DNA from: Acidimicrobiales bacterium
Lineage (GTDB): Bacteria > Actinomycetota > Acidimicrobiia > Acidimicrobiales > SZUA-35
Assembly (NCBI GenBank): GCA_965216655.1
Contig: CBDCGP010000022.1
Span: 38,166 to 102,165, forward strand
DNA: 64,000 bases
Reading direction: 5' to 3'
Part shown: positions 36,680 through 44,778 of the stretch, piece by piece
Numbering within the stretch: the first letter of the stretch is position 1
Layout of the letters: each line of letters opens with the position of its first letter
The notes under the pieces: generated by a model
Seen by the model: the letters and a program-made list of their open reading frames with translations, nothing else
The model's database searches: none
Told to the model about the DNA's origin: nothing
Made by a program: the position numbers and the translations under genes

Positions 36680-37705
36680 TCAGTCATCGGGAGCGCCGAA
36701 GAACAGGGTGCCCCATGTCTGGCGGCCTACCATCCCGTCGACCGTCAGGTCGGCCCCTCGCTGGAATCCGCGGGTGGCGGCGTCGGACAGCTCGGAGAAC
36801 ACCGGCGACGCCGGCAGCAGTAGCTCGGTGTTGAGGAGGCGGGTGAGCGCCTGGTACTGGCTGCGGTGCGCATACGGCGACCGGAGCCAGAGGGTGTAGG
36901 GCAGGGCCTCCGATACCTCCTTCGTGTAGACCGACTGTGGTTCGTCGACCCGCCCCCAGGTCTTCGGTCCGACGATGCCATCGATGCCGAGACCCTGGGC
37001 CATCTGGAAGGCCTTGACCGCGGCCTCGGTCATGGGCCCGAAGATGCCGTCGGCCGGGATCTTCAGGAACTTCTGCAACGCCTGCACGTCGGAGCCCCGG
37101 GAGCCGTCGCGGATGGTGGAGCGGGTCTCGTCGCCGTTCCCGTCGGGCGGATCGATGGTGCCTGCGGCCAGTGGCATGACCACGTCCACAAGCTGATGGA
37201 TCCGGGTTCGGCCGGGGCAGGTCTTGCCGAGCGCGGTGGTCCACGGGCTCGGCACCGGGCGGCCTCTCAGGTTGATCGGGTCGGTCGGATACGACCACAT
37301 GCTGTGCCATCCGACGCCGGGTGCGGTCGAGGAGCGGCAACGCTTGATGGGGATGCCGTGGGTCGAGGCCGCCCATCTGATGACCCGGACCAGCGATTGG
37401 ATCTGGGCGTAGGTCCACGGGTTGCCTTCGGGGTCGCCGTCGTCCTCGGTCTCGATCGAGATAGCGCTGTAATTGGCCCGGTAGTTGGCGTCGGCCTGCC
37501 GGTGGGTGTCCATCAGCTGGGTGATACGGCCCGAGCGGGTGATCCAGAAGTGGGATTCGACGAACACGTCGCGGCGGCGGAAGTAGGCCGGAATGTTCAC
37601 GTTTCCGTCGACGGCGGTGTGCACGATGATCTGCGACGGATTGATGTAGGGCTCGGTCCGGTTCTCCGGCAGCGGATCCCAAACGACGCCAGGCATTCTG
37701 GCCAT
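36680..37705 (-). CDS. N-acetylmuramoyl-L-alanine amidase (Amidase_2/PGRP fold) with two C-terminal PG_binding_1 repeats; no signal peptide (endolysin-like)
   Basis: The N-terminal domain reads IIVHTAVDG...ESHFWITRSGRITQLMD...ANYRANYSAISIETEDDGDPEGNPWTYAQIQSLVRVIRWA. The two PG-binding repeats are GSDVQALQKFLKIPADGIFGPMTEAAVKAFQMAQGLGIDGIVGPKTW and ...AATRGFQRGADLTVDGMVGRQTW. Confidence 0.8.
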   Translation of the reverse strand: MARMPGVVWDPLPENRTEPYINPSQIIVHTAVDGNVNIPAYFRRRDVFVESHFWITRSGRITQLMDTHRQADANYRANYSAISIETEDDGDPEGNPWTYAQIQSLVRVIRWAASTHGIPIKRCRSSTAPGVGWHSMWSYPTDPINLRGRPVPSPWTTALGKTCPGRTRIHQLVDVVMPLAAGTIDPPDGNGDETRSTIRDGSRGSDVQALQKFLKIPADGIFGPMTEAAVKAFQMAQGLGIDGIVGPKTWGRVDEPQSVYTKEVSEALPYTLWLRSPYAHRSQYQALTRLLNTELLLPASPVFSELSDAATRGFQRGADLTVDGMVGRQTWGTLFFGAPDD

Positions 37706-37765
37706 GCTTCCTCTCCCCTCTGCGGCGGTGGAGGCGTTCGCGCCGGGTTGCAGCCTATCTGTTGA

Positions 37766-38641
37766 TCACGATCCCCAGATGAGCGCCGGGTCGGCCTGAT
37801 CGGTCAACCGGGCCGCCGCCGTGCCCCGGTCGATGTTGAGGTTGACGCCGTTGAGGTACGACGACGCGGCCTCGTCGCCGAGGAACAGCATGGCCGGCGC
37901 CATCTCGGAGGGTTCGGCGAACCGGCCGGCAACGGCGGCGGCGTGGTCGATCAGATCGCCGCCCATGCCACGGCGGAAGTCGTTGACCAGGCCGGTGGCG
38001 GTGATTCCGGGGCAGACGCTGTTCATCCGGATCCCCCGGGGAAGCAGCTGCACCGACCGCCACAGTGTGTAGTACTGCACGGCCTCCTTCGACACGACAT
38101 AGCCGTCACCGCAGGCGTCCCGGTTGTCGGCCAGCCAGGCCATACCGGCGTCGAACCCGTCGACGGTCATGAGCTCTCGGTGCAGCTCGACCCGGGCCGG
38201 CCAGTCACGTCCGGCGGTCGACGCGATGTGGGCGATCGCCGAACCCGGCGGCATCCGGGGAATCAGCGCTTCAGTGAGGTGACGCAGCCCGAACCAGTTG
38301 ATCGCCATGACCTCGTCGGTGTCGAACCGCCCGCCGTTGGGGACTCCGGCGCAGTTCATCACCACGTCGACCCGATCCGGCAGCCGCTCGAGCACCGCAT
38401 CGATGGACTCCCGCCGCCCGAGGTTGCAGTGGTGGCGGGTGACGGCGTCCCCCTTGTCCTGTCGCCCCTCCTCCTTGTCGTCGCCCTCGGCGTAGCCGAC
38501 ATCGAGGGCATGGACGACCGCGCCGTGGGTGACCAGCAGGTCAAGGGTTGCCGCTCCGATACCGCTGGCCGTGCCCGTGATCACCACGACCCGGTCGGAG
38601 TAGTCGAGGAGGGGCCCGGTGGCGTTCAGGGAGTCGGTCAT
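37766..38641 (-). CDS. Short-chain dehydrogenase/reductase (SDR)
   Basis: In-frame ATG at 38641. Rossmann motif is VVVITGTASGIGAAT, with NCAG and the catalytic YVVSKEAV. Confidence 0.85.
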   Translation of the reverse strand: MTDSLNATGPLLDYSDRVVVITGTASGIGAATLDLLVTHGAVVHALDVGYAEGDDKEEGRQDKGDAVTRHHCNLGRRESIDAVLERLPDRVDVVMNCAGVPNGGRFDTDEVMAINWFGLRHLTEALIPRMPPGSAIAHIASTAGRDWPARVELHRELMTVDGFDAGMAWLADNRDACGDGYVVSKEAVQYYTLWRSVQLLPRGIRMNSVCPGITATGLVNDFRRGMGGDLIDHAAAVAGRFAEPSEMAPAMLFLGDEAASSYLNGVNLNIDRGTAAARLTDQADPALIWGS

Positions 38642-38949
38642 CGCCCCAAACCGTAGCGGTCGGGCCGCTTCGCCCGGCGGTTGGCGAATCGCCCGGTTGT
38701 GCCGCCGGATCCGCCGATGAGCCACCAACGTTGCTCAAGCACCGCCTAAGCTGTGCCGAAGACAGGTTTCCATGCCGAGGTCCGATCCAGTCGTCGATGG
38801 CGACGTGGACGAGATGGCGTGTTCGCCGGTTGCGGCGATGGAACCAGAGATTCGGACCAATACACTTGACATCCTTATGAAATCGCCGTTACTACCGTTA
38901 GCCTGCGTTCTGACGGGCGGTTGGTTCACAAACGAGAGGTAGGTTTCCT

Positions 38950-39885
38950 TTGGCCAAGGAGCGCGTCGAGCGGGACGAAGAGGATCTCGTAAGGCTGTAC
39001 CTCACCGACATCGGGCAGTACCCGCTGTTGACCAAGGAAGACGAAGTTCGCCTGGCTCAGGCCATCGAGCAAGGCAAGCAGGCTACCGAGGAACTCGAAC
39101 TCGAACCCGACATGTCGGTTCAGCGCAAGCGGGAGCTGCGTCGCACCGTCCGGAAAGGTCGCGATGCCGAGCGCACGTTCGTCCAGTCGAACCTCCGGCT
39201 GGTCGTGTCGATCGCCAAGAAGTACCAGGCCTCCGGTCTGCCGCTGCTCGACCTGATCCAGGAGGGCAACCTGGGTTTGATGCACGCCGTCGAGAAATTC
39301 GACTGGCGCAAGGGATTCAAGTTCTCCACCTATGCCACCTGGTGGATCCGTCAGGCGATCACCCGCGGCATCGCCAACACGGGCCGCACCATCCGCCTTC
39401 CGGTTCACGCCGGCGACACGCTGGCCCGCCTGCAGAAGGCCCGGGCCCGCCTGGAGCTGAAGTTCGGTCGGCCGGCCACGCTGGCCGAGTTGTCGGCCGA
39501 GGTCGAGATGCCCGAGGAGAAGGTCACGGAGGCGCTGCGTTTCGCCGCCGAGCCGCTGTCGCTGTCGGAGCCTCTGCGGGAAGACGGCGACGCCGAACTC
39601 GGCGATGTCGTCGAAGACAGCTCGGCCGAGTCACCGTTCGAGGTGGCGGCCACGGCGCTGTTGCCCGACGAGATCTCGCGGCTGCTCGCCCCGCTCGATG
39701 AGCGGGAGCGGGAGATCCTCAAGCTGCGTTTCGGGCTCGACCGGGGCGAACCCCGCACGCTCGAGGAGGTGGGGGAGTACTTCAACCTCACCCGTGAGCG
39801 GATCCGTCAGATCGAGGCCCGGGCCATGTCGAAGCTGCGGCATCCGTCGTCCGACACGGGCGCCCGCGACCTCCTGGCCGTCTAG
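38950..39885 (+). CDS. Group-2 (principal-like, SigB/HrdA-type) sigma-70 factor, TTG start
   Basis: 311 aa. Sequence reads LVRLYLTDIGQYPLLTKEDEVRLAQAIE, SNLRLVVSIAKKYQASGLPLLDLIQEGNLGLMHAVEKFDWRKGFKFSTYATWWIRQAITRGIA..TIRLPVH. Region 4 is LEEVGEYFNLTRERIRQIEARAMSKLR. Confidence 0.9.
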   Translation: MAKERVERDEEDLVRLYLTDIGQYPLLTKEDEVRLAQAIEQGKQATEELELEPDMSVQRKRELRRTVRKGRDAERTFVQSNLRLVVSIAKKYQASGLPLLDLIQEGNLGLMHAVEKFDWRKGFKFSTYATWWIRQAITRGIANTGRTIRLPVHAGDTLARLQKARARLELKFGRPATLAELSAEVEMPEEKVTEALRFAAEPLSLSEPLREDGDAELGDVVEDSSAESPFEVAATALLPDEISRLLAPLDEREREILKLRFGLDRGEPRTLEEVGEYFNLTRERIRQIEARAMSKLRHPSSDTGARDLLAV

Positions 39886-39934
39886 CAGCCCACGGCCGGC
39901 GGCCCGACGCTCCTCTGTCGTCGAGCCCAACGCA

Positions 39935-39983
39935 AGGTTTGGGTGAATTCGCGTCACTATGACACCGGATCAACCAAACCTCG
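39935..39983 (+). repeat. Copy 1 of a ~50-bp duplicated leader element that includes the ATG of the downstream gene
   Basis: The sequence is AGGTTTGGGtgaattcGCGTCACTATGACACCggatcaaCCAAACctcg. The outer AGGTTTGG/CCAAACCT can pair. Copy 2 is at 61050-61099. Confidence 0.7.
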
Positions 39984-40567
39984 TCTGGTATGTCGCCTAC
40001 GGGTCGAATCTGTCGCGGGAGCGGTTCATGGCCTATCTCGTCGGGGGTGCCGGGCCGGGAGGCTCGGGGGTCCACATCGGGGCCAAGGATCCGGCGGTTC
40101 CGGTCGACGATCGTCCGATTCGAATCGACCGACGGCTGATCTTCACCGGACGTTCGAAACGCTGGGGTGGCGGCGTGTGCGCAGTGGTGCGCTCGTCTGA
40201 TGTCGGGGATGCGGCCTGCCTCGGGCGGGCCTGGCTGATCACCGCTGACCAACTCCTCGACGTGTGGCGCCAGGAGAACGGTGGGCTCGGCACCGACCAT
40301 CCGGCCGAGCCCTGGCGACAACTCGATCGGCAGGGTCATGTCGACAAGCCGACCGGACGGTACCGCCGCCTAGACAGCCTGGAGCCCATCGACGGGATCA
40401 GGGCCGTCACCATCACCTGCGGGCCGGAGATGGAGGCCGAGCGAAACCCGCCGACGGCCGCCTACCTGGCCATGGTGTCGGTGGGGCTGCAGGAAGCGTG
40501 GCAGCTGAACGTCGACGAGGCATCCCGCTACCTGGCGCGACACGCCGGGGATGTCATCGGACCTTGA
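39959..40567 (+). CDS. Gamma-glutamylcyclotransferase-like (GGCT/AIG2_2 fold) protein
   Basis: The N-terminal LVWYVAYGSNLSRERF matches the GGCT YGSN motif. 202 aa. Confidence 0.55.
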   Translation: MTPDQPNLVWYVAYGSNLSRERFMAYLVGGAGPGGSGVHIGAKDPAVPVDDRPIRIDRRLIFTGRSKRWGGGVCAVVRSSDVGDAACLGRAWLITADQLLDVWRQENGGLGTDHPAEPWRQLDRQGHVDKPTGRYRRLDSLEPIDGIRAVTITCGPEMEAERNPPTAAYLAMVSVGLQEAWQLNVDEASRYLARHAGDVIGP

Positions 40568-40632
40568 ACCGATCTCCCCGGCGTGCCGCTGCTCCTTTTG
40601 TTTGCCTCAGTTGTTCGTCGCTGCTCCCGGGT

Positions 40633-42999
40633 CTACGGGTCGACGAATATCACGCAGGTGTACTCCCCCTCCACCAGGTTGGTGATCGCCACCGTTTCAG
40701 GATTGCTGTCGTCGCCGAGGGTCCCGAGTTCGCCGCTGTTGAATCCGTCGGGCCCGGTGCACACAACCGACGTCGCCAATGTCACGCCGTCACCGGCCAG
40801 TGACTCGAAGCCGATCGTGATCTCCGAGAGCGGATCGTTGGAGAAGGCGACCCCTGTCGGCGTACCCGCACCACCACATTCGGCCGCGGCGGCCACGGCG
40901 TCCTGAGGTGCCACCGCCGATGGATCGTAGCCCGCCGGGGCTGCGGTCTCGGTGATCGTGTACGTGTCACCGACGACCAGGCCACCGGCGCACGCGGTGC
41001 CGGACGAATCGGTCACCACGGTGTCGACGAGGACGTCACCGGCATCGCGGATCTCGAACGTGGCGCCGGCCAGCGGCTGGGGCGAACCCAGCGTGGCGTG
41101 CTTCGTCGTCTTCGAGATCTGAATGGCGCCGGTCGAGTTGGTGAACGTGCACGTCACCGTCTCGCCCGCCGCCAGATCGATCGACCCGGGTCCGCCGCCG
41201 TTGTCGCACGTCGCCGAGTCGAGGTTCCAGCCGCTGGGCACCGTCTCGACCACTGCGTACGTTCCGGGTGCCAGGAAGCCGGAGTTGAACGGTGTCGCCC
41301 CGTCGGTGAGGCTGAAGTCGTCGTCCACCGCATCGGGGCCGCCCGACAGGTTGAAGTCGAACGACTGGGTGCTTCCGGACGGGTTCGTCACCTTGTCGAC
41401 GATGATCTGGCTCTGCTTGACGTTCTCGAACGTGCAGGTGACGTCTTCACCCGGTGCGAGGTCGATGCTCGCCGGGTCGCTGCCGTCATCGCAGCTCGCC
41501 GAGGTCAGCGTCCAGCCGTCCGGTACCGTCTCGGCGACGTCATATATCCCGGTAATGAGATCGCCGAACGTGGTCGAATCGGTGCCGCCAACGGTCGTCA
41601 ACGAGAAGTCGCCGAGTGTCGAACTGGTGAAGTCGAAGGTGTCGTCTCCACCGGTGGTGTTCTTGACCACGGTGATACTTCCCCGCTCCAGGGTGTTGGT
41701 GTAGGTGCACTCCACGACATCACCGGATGCGATGTCGAACGACGCAGTCCCGGACCCGACGTTGGTCACCACCGATGTCGTGCTGGTGGCGCAGTCGATG
41801 TCGGTCAAAGTGAAACCGTCAGCCGATGGATCGGTTTCGGTGACCGTGTAGGAACCGCTCAGCACGTCCAGAACGGTGAGCGATTCGCCGTCGCCCAACG
41901 AGAAGTTCGTCGGATCCTGTGCCGGCGGCACCGCCGGATCGGTCTCCAGATCACTGGTGAAGCCGAACGACGTCGCCGTCGGATCGGGTGACGGGTCGGT
42001 GACCTTGTTGATGATGACGGTGCCGCAGTTCGAGAGCGTGATCGCCTCCGGAGCGATGAAGTCCTTGAGCGCCGCCGTGAACGAGTCGGATGAGCGTGAC
42101 TTCAGATACGCCGAGCCGAACGACTCGCACTTGGTGTCGTCGAAGATGGCATCGAGATTGACGGTGGCCTCGCCGAAGGTGCGGGGATCAAGCCCGGTCT
42201 CGCTCAACCCGCCCGTCTCGTCGGCGGGGATGAACGATGTGTTGATCGATCCGACAGCGCTACCGGAACCGTTCAGCGCGGTCCGCTCACCCCAGCACGG
42301 ATACTTGTTGGAGGCCTCGCATGCTCCCTCGGCGGCTGACGTCAGCCACGTGTGCAGGAACAGCTGCGCCACCGTGCCGCCCTGAGCCAGTTCGTAGGTG
42401 ATGAGCAGGTCGCCGGCGGTTCGAACCGGTGTCACCCCGTTGCCGGAGCAGTTCGAGCCGCCCGGATCAGCCGGATCGCATTTCTCCCGGTTGAACTCGA
42501 AGTCCATCAGCGTCGTACCCGACGGATCCTGGACGCGGGTCCAGAACAGATGGAGGAAGTTCTCCGAGCCGACCGTTTCCGTGAAGAGTCCGAACTGGCG
42601 GAGGTCGCTCTTATTTGGTGGCACGCCTCCCAACACCACCGATGGGACGGCGGTGTCCTCCTTCGAGCCCTGGCCAAAGGCGTCGTCATTCTGACCAGAC
42701 GGTGTGTCGACCTGGGTGATGACGCCGGCTCGCAGATCCGAGCCGGGGCCGCCGGTCAACCAGTCGATCGACGGTGCGGCGTCGTCGACCCGAAGGTTGG
42801 CGTCGGTGTCAATCTCAAAGTTGCTCCCGGCCAGGCTCACCTCTTGATGGGCGGCCGTGGCGGGCGTCGAAAAAACAAGTGTTGCTGCCAACAAAATCAA
42901 AGCGGCGGCCGTCGCGACCGCCGAATACCTGGTGTTGCTGTTTGCGCTGACCGTTCGGACGCGCTTCAAGGGTCGCCAAAGGGCGCTCATCCTGCTCAT
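40633..42999 (-). CDS. Secreted multi-domain surface protein with four to five SpaA/Cna-B (prealbumin-like) repeats; alternative start 43017
   Basis: A signal peptide ends ..VFSTPATAAHQ. A ~330-aa N-terminal domain follows. Repeated ~95-aa modules each end in a Cys-containing V(E/T)CT(Y/F)(T/E)N motif. The terminal module reads GATFEIRDAGDVLVDTVVTDSSGTACAGGLVVGDTYTITETAAPAGYD. No LPXTG motif. A GGAAGGG RBS precedes the ATG at 42999. Confidence 0.7.
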   Translation of the reverse strand: MSRMSALWRPLKRVRTVSANSNTRYSAVATAAALILLAATLVFSTPATAAHQEVSLAGSNFEIDTDANLRVDDAAPSIDWLTGGPGSDLRAGVITQVDTPSGQNDDAFGQGSKEDTAVPSVVLGGVPPNKSDLRQFGLFTETVGSENFLHLFWTRVQDPSGTTLMDFEFNREKCDPADPGGSNCSGNGVTPVRTAGDLLITYELAQGGTVAQLFLHTWLTSAAEGACEASNKYPCWGERTALNGSGSAVGSINTSFIPADETGGLSETGLDPRTFGEATVNLDAIFDDTKCESFGSAYLKSRSSDSFTAALKDFIAPEAITLSNCGTVIINKVTDPSPDPTATSFGFTSDLETDPAVPPAQDPTNFSLGDGESLTVLDVLSGSYTVTETDPSADGFTLTDIDCATSTTSVVTNVGSGTASFDIASGDVVECTYTNTLERGSITVVKNTTGGDDTFDFTSSTLGDFSLTTVGGTDSTTFGDLITGIYDVAETVPDGWTLTSASCDDGSDPASIDLAPGEDVTCTFENVKQSQIIVDKVTNPSGSTQSFDFNLSGGPDAVDDDFSLTDGATPFNSGFLAPGTYAVVETVPSGWNLDSATCDNGGGPGSIDLAAGETVTCTFTNSTGAIQISKTTKHATLGSPQPLAGATFEIRDAGDVLVDTVVTDSSGTACAGGLVVGDTYTITETAAPAGYDPSAVAPQDAVAAAAECGGAGTPTGVAFSNDPLSEITIGFESLAGDGVTLATSVVCTGPDGFNSGELGTLGDDSNPETVAITNLVEGEYTCVIFVDP

Positions 43000-43213
43000 G
43001 TGTCTGTTCCCTTCCACCGTCTGTCCCCCCTGGACAGAAACGTTGCAAAAACTAAACCAATCTAGCGATAACGATGTTGCAAAGAAACATTATTCGGGAA
43101 CTTTGTGAGAGCCCGAACTATCGGTCGAGGTCGGGCCAGTACAACCGGGTTTCGAGCGGTCACCGAAACTCCGAACAGCGGCGGTGGCTGCGGGCTAGAC
43201 TCGACACGTCCAA

Positions 43214-43287
43214 GCGCCCGTAGCTCAATTGGATAGAGTAGCTGGCTTCGAACCAGTTGGTTGGGGGTTCGAGTCCCTCCGGGCGTA
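43214..43287 (+). tRNA. tRNA-Arg (anticodon TCG)
   Basis: 74-nt cloverleaf. Acceptor is GCGCCCG/CGGGCGT (G1-U72), with D-arm GCTC..GAGT. Anticodon stem is GCTGG/CCAGT with loop CTTCGAA. T-arm is GGGGG-TTCGAGT-CCCTC. CCA is not encoded. Confidence 0.85.
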
Positions 43288-43295
43288 CGCCGGTC

Positions 43296-43545
43296 GTGCG
43301 GAGCACGACCTAACCGAGTTTGGCCATCGGCCAAACTCTTGGCTGCAGATGCTCACCTGGAGATCAGTCTGGATTCTGAGGTGCGGAGCAGCTCACCCAG
43401 GGTTTTGGCCTTTGGCCAAAACTCGTGGCTTGGCGCGATCACCTGAAGATCGGTCGGGATTCTGGGTGTACGTGTGAGCTGCGGAGCAGCTCGCCCAGAG
43501 TTTTGGCCTTTGGCCAAAACTCGTGGCTTGGCTCAGCTCAGCTCA
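43296..43545. repeat. About 2.7 tandem copies of an 85-98 bp unit, each carrying a 9-bp-stem hairpin
   Basis: Units start at GCGGAGCA (43298, 43383, 43481). Copies 2 and 3 share the hairpin GTTTTGGCC-ttt-GGCCAAAAC and copy 1 has GTTTGGCC-atc-GGCCAAAC. Copies 1 and 2 also share CACCTG(G/A)AGATC(A/G)GTC(T/G)GGATTCTG(A/G)G. Confidence 0.8.
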
Positions 43546-44638
43546 CGTCGGCGTCGAAGCGGGGGATGGCGTGTTGGCTCGACCAGCTCTGCACCGTGGA
43601 GCCGATCGGCCAGAATCCTCTCGGGCACAGCAGGTCGTCGATGAGGAATTCCATCGCCGGCCCGAACGTTGCCCGTACCTGACGGCCGTACTCCTTGGCC
43701 TCGTCGTAGGGCCGTAGATCGAAGCCGTGGTCGAGCAGGCGTTGGTAGAGCTCGTCAAAGAGGTGGGTGTTGTCGGCGTCGACCATCTCCTGGCGGTAGG
43801 TCGAGATGTCGTGGCCCTGGGTCGCCTCCCGGAAGATCGCCTCCGCCCGGCGCAGGAACCAGTAGCCGTACCCGTCGGTGGCGCCCTTGATGATCTGGGC
43901 GTGAACGGCGGCGTCGGCCAGGAGTCCCAGGGCCGTCACCCAGTTCTGACGCCGGTCGTGTGACCGGAACAGGATCAGGAGCGGCACGGTCGAGTGTGTC
44001 TCCAGGATCCCGGCCGCCCACTGCTCCCACTTCTCGAACTGCTCTTCGATCTTGCGGGGGTCGGCGTCGGGGGCCCACGCCATGACCAGATCGGTGGGTG
44101 TGATGCGTTCGGTTCCACCGGTGTCGAGCGTCATCAACATCCGCTCCCGGTCGGAGTACGCGGCGTAGAGCGCCGGCAGGTAGCCGATCACGAGCGCCAC
44201 CGTGATCACGCCGAAGAACGCCTCGATGATGGCGCCGGCGCGGGGGATGGTGTCGCCCGGGACGATCTCGCCGAAGCCGACCGTGAAGTAGACGACACCC
44301 GAGTAGTACCACGAGTCGCCGAAGCTCTCGATGGTGGCGATGTCGTCGAGAACCGACCAGATGAGTGCGAATCCGGTGATCTGCAGCAGCGACCAGGTTG
44401 CCAGCAGCACGATGACGAGGAGTGGCGCGAACGCCGAGAGCACACGTTCCCGGACCGATGACTCCTCGGGCATGCGCCGGGCCAACGTTCGGATCGCGAT
44501 GAACATCGACCGCCCGATCGCGTACGTCGGCCACCAGCGGGCGGGTGATGTCGAGGTCGACACCAGTGTGTTGACGAGATCGGCCACGGCACCGACGATC
44601 AGCAGGATTCCAGCGACGACAACGATGAGATCGAGCAC
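43538..44638 (-). CDS. Two-TM potassium-channel-family protein (pore loop TVGFGE) with a large C-terminal cytoplasmic domain
   Basis: GTG start. The pore region is WYYSGVVYFTVGFGEIVPGD between two TM helices. The C-terminal ~190 aa are unassigned. Confidence 0.7.
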   Translation of the reverse strand: MLDLIVVVAGILLIVGAVADLVNTLVSTSTSPARWWPTYAIGRSMFIAIRTLARRMPEESSVRERVLSAFAPLLVIVLLATWSLLQITGFALIWSVLDDIATIESFGDSWYYSGVVYFTVGFGEIVPGDTIPRAGAIIEAFFGVITVALVIGYLPALYAAYSDRERMLMTLDTGGTERITPTDLVMAWAPDADPRKIEEQFEKWEQWAAGILETHSTVPLLILFRSHDRRQNWVTALGLLADAAVHAQIIKGATDGYGYWFLRRAEAIFREATQGHDISTYRQEMVDADNTHLFDELYQRLLDHGFDLRPYDEAKEYGRQVRATFGPAMEFLIDDLLCPRGFWPIGSTVQSWSSQHAIPRFDADVS

Positions 44639-44778
44639 GACTCAACGCTACCGGGCCAGACCACCCAGGCCCGCGAATCGGATCGGACATGTATCACGGC
44701 GGGTGTTCGGTCGTCTTCAATCCGAGAACGGGCGGCGCTGGGATCGTCCGTTCCGGCAACAACCGGAGGGAAATCGCG

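Noticed and set aside
34661-38641. Prophage around the endolysin-like amidase
   Set aside because: There are no integrase, capsid, portal, tail, holin or repressor genes. The neighbours are a lipoprotein and an SDR, and no att-like repeats were seen.
38866-38900. TTGACA (38866-71) as the -35 box of the sigma-factor gene promoter
   Set aside because: No acceptable TAnnnT -10 hexamer lies at 16-19 bp spacing (TTACTA and TACTAC are poor matches). It is not reported as a feature.
43296-43545. CRISPR array next to tRNA-Arg
   Set aside because: There are fewer than three units with unequal periods (85 and 98 bp). The inter-hairpin segments are themselves repeated rather than being unique spacers, and there are no cas genes in the window.
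43229-43682. Small ORFs (43229..43477, 43261..43446, 43425..43682) encoding the repeated peptide SSSPRVLAFGQNSWLG
   Set aside because: They simply translate the tandem DNA repeat, overlap the tRNA, and have no RBS or coding-like composition.
44689-44778. The upstream 30 codons of ORF 44689..45762 as part of the hot-dog protein
   Set aside because: A GGAGGG RBS precedes the internal ATG at 44779, and the upstream residues (MYHGGCSVVFNPRTGGAGIVRSGNNRREIA) look non-coding. The internal start is preferred.
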